Source: Pelomyxa schiedti | Taxonomy: Eukaryota; Protista; Evosea | Assembly: GCA_020536535.1 (NCBI GenBank) | Contig: JAHLWZ010000810.1 | Location: 1-64,000, forward strand | Reading direction: 5' to 3' | DNA: 64,000 nucleotides | Shown: positions 48,891-64,000 of the stretch, in pieces | Position numbering within the stretch: the first letter of the stretch is position 1 | Layout: every line of letters begins with the position of its first letter | The notes under the pieces: generated by a model | The model's database searches: none | What the model was told of the DNA's origin: nothing | The model's input: the letters and a program-made list of their open reading frames with translations, nothing else | Program-made: the position numbers and the translations under genes

Positions 48891-49849
48891 TCACCGCCTT
48901 AACTTAACAGGCTTATGCTTTGGCACCAGAGGGAGGTGAATTACCATAGAACCCTTCGAAATCTTCAAAAAAAAAAGTGTTACAAAGTGTGGTGCGTGCC
49001 TCAACGTTATAAACATATACACGTTATACCGTAAAAATAGGGAAGATACGGTAGTTTTATCAGAAACGGAATTCCCATCTTTGACGTAGTTTTTGTTTTC
49101 GTTTTGCTTGCTGGCAGGCTTCTTGGTCATTGAAAGGCAGCAACCAGTAGTATCATGCTTCTCTTCACTTGATCCTGAGAGTTATTCAATATTGTTAGTG
49201 CAGTTCGGGAACTTTCTATACCATTGTGTTGAGAGACAGACTGGGCGTCGGTGGATAAGGTGAAGGCAACTTGTAGTTTCGGTTTCAGCTTTTGCTTCAC
49301 CTTTGCTTTCGTACGCGAGTTTGGCGACACAACGGGGTCCTCTGCATTGCCCACCTCCATCGCTTCGTCGGTCGACCGAGCAGTCGTTGCTGGCGCCGAT
49401 TCCGCCCATCTGGCCCCTGTGGATGCCGTTTGGCCCCCCAATGGCTGCGGATCGCTCGTCTCCTCATCCTGTCCGTTGTCGCAGGGCAGCGCACTCGCAG
49501 AAGAAGGTGCGCTGGAACCAGCCGCACGCGCCACAGCGTGCGGGCTTTGGATTCCGCCATCAGCGCTTGAGTTCTGCCCCACGCGCGCGCGCTTCCGTGC
49601 CGTTTCTCGCGCGAAATCCGACGCGTCGCCATGGGAAGAGGGCGACGACGCGGGAGAAAACGCAGGCGAGCGGGCGTGGGCTGCGGACCTGGAGTGCTGT
49701 TGCTGGCGGCGGCGTGGGAGAGCCGTGTGGAGGCTGAGCTGCACGATTTGTTCTGCAATACACAAGGAAATGTGAGAACGTGAAGGTTGGCAAGTGACTT
49801 GTGTGTGAGTGTGTTTTGTTTTGGTGTCAGGGAGAGACAACACAAACAC
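48891..49849 (-). CDS. Hypothetical low-complexity protein (Ala/Ser/Arg-rich, possible NLS RKRAR)
   Basis: 240-codon GC-rich ORF 49127-49849 plus a short downstream ORF. Start and splicing unresolved. Confidence 0.3.
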
Positions 49850-50242
49850 CCAAGTCCATGTGTGCCGTTCGCAAGGTTTTCTTTTTACGAGATCTTCGGG
49901 TAAGACTACTTACTGTAAGCTCTCAGTGCAACTCACTGTCACTGCTTGGAGGACTGCTCCCCCAAGACCGTGGATCGTGATGTAGGATTATGGCTGACGG
50001 AGGAGCCGGAGTTTTAGGGAGTTACACACATCTTGATATCTGAATCATTCTGCGACTTCGAAGTCGCACTATCAACTGCATCTTCCTCGTTTGGGGAAAA
50101 AAGAGATAGGAAGTTTCTGGTGGCCGAAACCGCAACGGAGTTTTCCTTGGCGTTTTTATATCGATTTTGTTTTATGATGAAAGAAAATAAATAAATAAAC
50201 AAACAGACACTCGTTCAATCGCTTATCCCACGCGCCAATAAG

Positions 50243-51353
50243 ATGGTGTTGACTGCAGCTGTGTGTTCTCAAAGTGAGTGCATTCTGCCATATCGTACTG
50301 TTCATTCTTAACAGTAACGATAGGCACGCCACTCAAACAAGAGCAAGAGCCAATAGTAGTGCCAGAGAAACCCAAAGAGAAACCAGCTGCAAAAAAGTCA
50401 GGGATTTCCGCATTGCTATGCAGTGTCTTCTCTGTTCTTTTCAATCCTCTGATTCCGAGGTATGGTGCATTCATGAATATGCTGGCTCCAAATCAACCTC
50501 ATTCTAGACCTCTTCTCGAGGAACCCCATCCAAGTCATGTTGGGAAGAAGACTTTGGTCTTGGATTTAGATGACACCCTTGTCCACAGTTCATTTCAAGT
50601 GAGTCACTCACAATTTATTGTGTTGTGTAAACCTGACAACTGATGCACAGCCGGTTGAACACTGTGACATGACGTTCCCAATTGAACTCGAAGGGAAACC
50701 CTTCACTGTTTATTTGAACAAAAGGCCAGGCTTGGATGAGTTCTTGCGTTACGCGACTCAGAATTTTGAAGTAGTAGTTTTCACTGCTAGTCTCAAACGA
50801 GTGAGTTTCTGCTTTGTAATTTCACACATTTACTTACTTGATTTTCCAGTACGCGGATCCAGTTATAAACGCGATTGATCCGGACCACACAATTCCCCAC
50901 AGACTCTACAGAGGGTCATGCACAATGATACAGGGGCACTACATAAAGGACTTGAGCAGATTGGGCAGAGAGCTCCGGAACTGCATCATTGTTGACAATT
51001 CCCCAGTGTCTTACGCCCTTCATGCCCAGCACGCCATTCCAATCTCCACCTATGTAAATAGTCCCCATGATAGGTGCTTGGATTCGCTCCGCTTGATCCT
51101 TGATCAAGTCAACTCACACCCCGATGTGTGCGCGACCCTCAAGTGGGTTTTAAAGAGCCCTCTTGCCGCCGATCACATGGCGCAAGCAGAGCTCTCAGCG
51201 CGAGCCACTCTCGCGCCCCCCAAAGCTACAACAATCACCATCGCATCAACAACGACGTCATCTTCAAGAGCCACTGCGCCGCCAAACGCGCCAACAATGA
51301 CTACTGAATGCACATCAAAAACGCTAGTGCTCACAGCCAGTGGTCAGAGTTGA
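50243..51353 (+). CDS. CTD small phosphatase-like (SCP/CTDSP, FCP1/NIF HAD family)
   Basis: KKTLVLDLDDTLVHSSF; YLNKRPGLDEFL..FEVVVFTASL..|YADPVINAID..HRLYRGSC...KDLSRLGRELRNCIIVDNSP. Confidence 0.92.
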
Positions 51354-51710
51354 ATCTGCCAGATCCGCCGTTTACGGTGGTCTCTACGATGTGGGCCGGC
51401 TAAGTCACGTGCCCCTCCCGCAGGGATCTCACCCTGTTGTATTTATTTTTGTTTTGACATAAAAAAGACAAAAGCAACTATTTTGCCCAAACTCTTTTCC
51501 TATTTCTTTTTCTCGGTGCAACTGCTTAGCTGGTCTCCTTTGGCATCATTTCCCTGCAGACCCTTATGTCACGATCTGGGTAGGAATAAAGCAATCTAGT
51601 AAATAAACAAACCACACAAGGGACCGCAAGGGGGATCAGACATAAGAAGGAAATCAACAAAAAGGAAAACAAAGAAAAAAAAAAGTACGCAGACCAACGT
51701 AACAACAAGA

Positions 51711-53817
51711 ATGGACGCGACACAAGCCAAAACTACTGAAGTCGTAACGGCACCTATTGCTACGCAACAACCTTCGGCCGCAGAAAGTTGTTCCACAAAG
51801 GTACTCGAAGTTAGCCCTCCAAGTGAAACAGACAAACAAAATTGTACCAATGGAGAAGCAGTAGTGCCAGAAAAAAAAGAACTAGAACCAAAAAATAAAG
51901 ACGCAACCGAAGCGCCTCAAACACAGCAAGCTGAACAAAACACACAAATACCAACACAACAGCAACAAGAAGCAGCCGTGCAACCAGGTGATGGGAAGCC
52001 AGTCCCACCAAACGATAACCGTACCTTGTACTTTGGAGGCCTCGCGTGGCAAACATCGGAGTCTGACTTGGCTCATCACATTGAAGATACATGCGGTTGT
52101 CAAGTGTGAGTCACTCCTTGCTTCATTATTTTCAATTAATTTTGTCTAGGTTGGCAGTTGACATAAAAACCAAAGGAAGACAATCTTTAGGTTTTGGGTT
52201 TGTGGAAGTAGATACCCCTGAATCTGCATCAGTAGTAGTCAGTAAGCTGCACAATCAATCATTCCAGGGCCGTGTGATATCGGTGGATTTTGCTCGCCCT
52301 CGTAACTTCGTTCCGTCATCTTCTAGCTCGACATCGTCTTCAACAAACTCGACGTCAACATCCTCTCCTGTGCTATCCAGACCACCAATGCGAACGGGCT
52401 TTCGCACCCAATGGGGGAATTCATACGGATTTCCAATGCCCAGAATGTGGCCAAGATTCCCGCGGGTGAGATATCCTTTTGTGCAAGCACCTATTATGCC
52501 GAGATATACCCCACAACCAGCATTGATAGCTCAACCAAAGATGTCACTACCACCCCCTCAGCCACAGCTTCCCCTTCCCCCACCACCTCTAATTCAAACC
52601 CACACTGTTTCCCAACCACTCATTTCTTCTCAGCCATCTGCTCCCCAGTCCCTTCTACCACAACAAGATGGAAGATATTCTATGCCACAGCGCCGTGGTC
52701 AATCTGTATCAGCCCAGCCTTTGCTCCCTACAACCCCGAGCCAACCTGCATTCCAGACCCCGGTATACAATGCCGCACCTCCTGCAATGCAATCTACCAC
52801 CCAATCTCAACAAACTAGACAAGGTGCTCCAATTCAACAGAACTTCCAGCGAGAAAGGTTTATTTTATTTGCTGCCCATCCCCTTTATCTCAATAGTGAT
52901 AGACAATTCTTTACTCAGCGGAGTTACAACGGACAAAGATCACCCAAGGTAACAAATGCAATTTTGGTTACGGAGCCTAACTGCGAATTTAAATAAAATA
53001 GTCTAGAAATATGTTGGCAATCAACTACCCTGCACCAGCAGCACAAATGATCAATCAGAACCCCCGAACCAACACTGGCATTTCCTACCAACAACAGTAC
53101 AACCAAGCACCGCAGATGTTGCAGTCACCACAGTGGCCACAGGTAGGCCAACCGCAACAAATGATGCAACCACAAATGATGCAGCCGCAAATGATGCAAC
53201 CACAACAAATGATGCAGGCACCTCAGATGATGCAACCACAAATGATGCAACCCCAGATGATGCAGCCTCAACAAATGATGCCGCAGTCCCAGATGATGCA
53301 ACCACAACAAATGATGCAACCACAGCAAATGATGCAGCCACAACAAATGATGCAGCAACCCCAGATGATGCAACCGCAGCAAATGATGCAGCCACAGATG
53401 AATTATCCTCCAAGAAGGTTCTTCCTCTTTGGAGGTTGCCAAATTACTGACTCTCTTCAGGGTTGAATCCCGCACTACCCTCTATATCGGAAACCTTCCT
53501 GCTGTTGTTACCGATGCCACACTTAGGGAGATTTTTTCAGAGATGCCCGTGAAGGTTAAGGTATGACGTACTTATGTTCCACTTCTCTTCTCATAGTTCT
53601 TTTTACAGAACTGTAATGTCGCTCAAACGAACGATGGTCGCAGCAAAGGATTTGGATTTGTAGAATTCGCGTCTGAGCGCGATTTCCAGACTGCCTTAGA
53701 AACACTTGACAAGATCGAGATTGATGGCAATGTACTCATCCTCAAGCCTGCTCGTTGTGAGTTCCCTCTCGTTCCCCTTTCCCTTCTAACGTAACACAAG
53801 TGCCTGTTCGTATGTGA
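51711..53817 (+). CDS. RNA-binding protein with two RRMs separated by a P/Q/M-rich low-complexity linker
   Basis: RRM1 TLYFGGLAW...SLGFGFVEV..FQGRVISVDFARPR; RRM2 TLYIGNLP...SKGFGFVEF..IDGNVLILKPAR. The final short exon (LPVRM*) is inferred. Confidence 0.88.
53155..53397 (+). repeat. Coding tandem repeat, 14 units of (P/A/S)Q(Q)MMQ (15/18-nt units)
   Basis: QQMMQPQMMQPQMMQPQQMMQAPQMMQ...; the synonymous codons vary between units. Confidence 0.95.
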
Positions 53818-54284
53818 TCAGACTCTGGATAGGAAAAATAAGAATAATATAATTATTTGTTTTTCTCCTATGATGATTGGTGACTAGGGCATTGCCGTAC
53901 AATGCACGCTCTTAATTTCCGGCTGCTTTTGCATGCAATTAACTACGATGATGGGAGACGGCGCTGGCGCAAAAGCCGAGGAGCAAGGTGTACAAGTTGG
54001 TGCATTGGAGGCATTTTCGGTGTGCTGGCGGCCTGAGGATATTTTGGAGACTGAGGGAGGAGGCGTTTTGTGTCAGTACTCCCCTGCGTCGGCTGATGGT
54101 CCGTGTTTGACACACATCGTTTTCAGTTTGGCATATTAAATCGGGAGTTTGCAGGCTCTCGATGCGTTGGGGTTGTTGCTGTGTTGCGGCCAGAGACGTG
54201 TGATCAATCCTCTGCATTAAAGAGTGCGGAACGGGGACCGCAGATCTCAAAAGGGTTTGTGTGCCCTTCACCAGATCTGTGTTA
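53678..54284 (+). repeat. 607-bp direct repeat, partner 54564-55170, separated by a 100-N gap (54285-54384)
   Basis: Collinear, with about 8 substitutions counted by eye. Confidence 0.95.
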
Positions 54285-54499
54285 NNNNNNNNNNNNNNNN
54301 NNNNNNNNNNNNNNNNNNNNNNNNNNNNNNNNNNNNNNNNNNNNNNNNNNNNNNNNNNNNNNNNNNNNNNNNNNNNNNNNNNNNCTTATTCTCTGTTTCC
54401 GACGTGATTGTCGTGGTTTGGGATCTACTTACCTACAAATTGAGGTTATATCTTGTCGTTGTTCCTTGATTGCTGATTGGTTCTTAGAGAACTTCCATG

Positions 54500-54568
54500 T
54501 TTCATAGAAGTCCTGTTTCTGGGTTCTACCAGAACATCATCAATTGACTGTAAAATAGATCCCCGCGA
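54500..54568. repeat. 69-bp inverted copy of 55190-55258; preceded by a 121-bp direct copy (54385-54505 = 55397-55517)
   Basis: Exact reverse complement; the junctions share microhomology (tttcat; cgcga). Confidence 0.9.
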
Positions 54569-57500
54569 TTTCCAGACTGCCTTAGAAACACTTGATAAGA
54601 TCGAGATTGATGGCAATGTACTCATCCTCAAGCCTGCTCGTTGTGAGTTCCCTCTCGTTCCCCTTTCCCTTCTAACGCAACACAAGTGCCTGTTCGTATG
54701 TGATCAGACTCTGGATAGGAAAAATAAGAATAATATAATTATTTGTTTTTCTCCTATGATGATTGGTGACTAGTGCATTGCCGTACAATGCACGCTCTTA
54801 ATTTCCGGCTGCTTTTGCATGCAATTAACTGCGATGATGGGAGACGGCGCTGGCGCAAAAGCCGAGGAGCAAGGTGTACAAGTTGGTGCATTGGAGGCAT
54901 TTTCGGTGTGCTGGCGGCCTGAGGACATTTTGGAGACTGAGGGAGGAGGCGTTTTGTGTCCGTACTCCCCTGCGTCGGCTGATGGTCCGTGTTTGACACA
55001 CATCGTTTTCAGTTTGGCATATTAAATCGGGAGATTGCAGGCTCTCGAAGCGTTGGGGTTGTTGCTGTGTTGCGGCCAGAGACGTGTGATCAATCCTCTG
55101 CATTAAAGAGTGCGGAACGGGGACCGCAGATCTCAAAAGGGTTTGTGTGCCCTTCACCAGATCTGTGTTAACTCAGGGGCAGCTGGGTCTCGCGGGGATC
55201 TATTTTACAGTCAATTGATGATGTTCTGGTAGAACCCAGAAACAGGACTTCTATGAAATTGGGAGTAGTTCCAACGAAACGAGAATGTTTCATTTTTCAC
55301 ACACATTCTCTTTCTCCAGAACATGGTAGGTACTTCAACCACACAACATTGTGTAACCCCTCCAATAGGAGCTATTCCTCTCAAGCTTCAAACTTTCTTA
55401 TTCTCTGTTTCCGACGTGATTGTCGTGGTTTGGGATCTACTTACCTACAAATTGAGGTTATATCTTGTCGTTGTTCCTTGATTGCTGATTGGTTCTTAGA
55501 GAACTTCCATGTTTCATCAACAAAATACTAGATGGTGGTACACGCTTCCTACAGTCAAATGGAATGCAGGGTGACAAGTCCACAATCTCTGTGAGACAAA
55601 ATGTAGTAGTATTACTCGTTAATCTGAGTCAGAGCCTGCTCTCAACATTCCACAAAGCGAATTACTCATTTATGCTAGGGTATTGTGATCCCCCAATCTT
55701 TTCTCATTATGAAAAAGAAAATCGCCTTCAACTCCTCTGGAAGAAGAGTGGCACCACGTCTTACATAATGCATCACACCTTGTGGCCTTATACGCAACGC
55801 CAAACAGTTCATGCACATTTCTAGCTTTACCAGAGCTATCAAGTCCTCTTGAATCAACTTCTCCTTCCTCAGATGTGACTTTGACTCGAAATGAGCTTAG
55901 AATGCACGCATTTGAAACAATACAATTCCAGGCCTTTCAACAAAGCCAACTTCATTTCCCAGTCAGAATCCTGTTCGACTTGTCGCAGGCAGTGATTGAC
56001 AGTACCACCAACATAATTTCACCTACCATCTCTCACCTTATCTTTTGGCCAGCAATAAATACGGGCTCTTCCTTTGTTCGCATCTTTGACCTGCAAGAGC
56101 AAGTTGCCCTAGCCACAGCAGCCAAGTTTTACACTGGCTATCCCCTTCCCCTGACATCATCTAGTGTAATTACCGAAGTAAGTAATTTGTCTAATAGAGC
56201 AGAAATCTTACTCAAGAAAGGAAGAACATAATCAGAGAGTTTTTGTAGCCTCTGATTTTCTCTCGCAATTTGCACCTAATTGTCCCGAACGCCCATCGCA
56301 AGACATGTCACATACTGTTGGCAATTCACTCACATTCAAGTATGACGCAATTGTTAGCATGCTAAAATTGCGTCTGGACTCCCTTTATCAGACGGTATAT
56401 CAACAGTGTCCAGTGCCTCCTCCATGTAGAACCCTTCCTTCGAGCACTGTCTGTGAGATTACCCACAAGTGCAAATATAACATATCACACTCCGGGACCC
56501 ACGCTTGTGGCCACTGGGTCAGGTTTTTGGTTTGCAAACTTGATTTTTTGGCTAATTAAACTCTAGTAACATATGCCGGTTTTGTGGACATAAATATCAT
56601 TCTCCATGCAAGGCAAGAGGTTCTGGAGAGCTTGCAATAGACGATTGCAAAAGGTGCTGCCTTCACACATGCCCACACGCACGTGCAGTAAGCTTTATGA
56701 ATACTAGCCTTGAAGTCACTTCCGATAGTGTACGGAACCAAGAGACAATGCGCATAGTCAGCATATAGCGAAGCTATGTTGTTGTGCATCTCTGTGCACC
56801 TTTCATGGCAAACAGTGTTTAAGAACGGTGTCTGACTCCCACGGGGTTTGCCTAAACCTGCATTTATTCCTCAATAACATAAATAGATACCCTCAGAGTG
56901 TATTTGTAAAGAGTGCTGCAGAATAAAGTGTGTATGTGGTGGTCGTTGCATACTGTCTTCTTCCATTCTTGGGCACCAGCATTCCTGTGGCTCTGTTCGC
57001 GAGAAGGCAAGTTACCCTTGATGGTTTTCTACTGACTATGCCTCAGCAATGCTGGGCCTGTGGTATGATAGAAAGTCAAGTGTGTGGGACACAGCTGAAG
57101 TGCTGCTGTTGTAAAAGCACATGCACTCCACATAATCTTCACTGCATAGCAACCCACACTTCCCTAGCCCCGCCGTCTGTCCAGACACTTGTAGAAGATA
57201 CACACTACTGTAGGTCTTACGTTACTACTTCTTGCAGTGTGCCTGGTTGCACTTCCCGGTTCGAAATGACTTGCAAGGAATACTCGCAACTTTCCCAAAC
57301 GGGAAACAAATACTATTGCGGCTGCTGCAAAGGGCTGTGTGCTCGCCACGGATCGCACTGTTCCAAATTACTGGGTCACACTGGGTCTCATTCTTGCTCG
57401 CAAAGTGACTGCATAACTGACTGCATTTCCAGAGGAACGCAGTGCGAACTGATTACCCCCACTACACCCGAGGACAAACCTTTGCAGCTCGCTGCGGAAA

Positions 57501-57704
57501 TGAAATCATCAAAAACCAACATACCAGCTACAACAGACCACACACCCTTCGTGAAGTGCGCACCAACCATTGTAACCGTAATGAACACTGAGGCTACCAT
57601 TGGCTTCTCTAAATCGCCGCTTCACACCGAACCTAAAACTCCTGGTCCACCGAAAACCACAGCACCCAAACACTCCAAACGAACAACAAGTCCCAAAATG
57701 AAAC

Positions 57705-64000
<6,296 letters not shown>

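Noticed and set aside
50560-50585. DLDDT instead of the usual DLDET in the SCP phosphatase
   Set aside because: The DxDx(T/V) catalytic motif is intact and the change is conservative; not evidence of inactivity.
53051-53475. Alternative-frame ORFs (NDATT repeats, LHHL repeats)
   Set aside because: Frame and antisense shadows of the QMMQ repeat.

Overview
Gene-dense eukaryotic scaffold with many short (mostly ~35-70 nt) GT-AG introns and two N-gaps. The gene content (Roco kinase, major vault protein, BEACH/WD40 protein, SZT2) looks amoebozoan. An archamoeba such as Pelomyxa is my guess, not something the sequence proves. In order: 5'-partial SZT2 (+); a very divergent alpha-type tubulin (-); a compact ATR-like PIKK (+); an intronless ~500-aa orphan (-); a USP7-like protein (+) among three mosaic copies of a decaying unknown gene; two FHA-Ser/Thr kinases (-) around an RGG/coiled-coil gene and a possible OB-fold gene; MVP (-); a Roco kinase (+); an SCP/CTDSP phosphatase (+); a 2xRRM protein with a (PQ)QMMQ repeat (+); a probable haplotype/chimera assembly artefact; a Cys/His-rich gene (+); and a 5'-partial BEACH gene (-). 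The most striking signal is a run of apparent pseudoenzymes between 10.7 and 38.9 kb. The ATR-like kinase has lost both the ATP-binding Lys (to Ala) and the catalytic Asp (to Asn). The USP7-like protein has lost the catalytic Cys (to Gly), the His (to Gln) and the fingers subdomain. The tubulin lacks the T7 loop. Both FHA domains carry VEPxH in place of the phospho-Thr-binding SxxH. All exon structures and alignments were done by eye from remembered family motifs; no database search was run.
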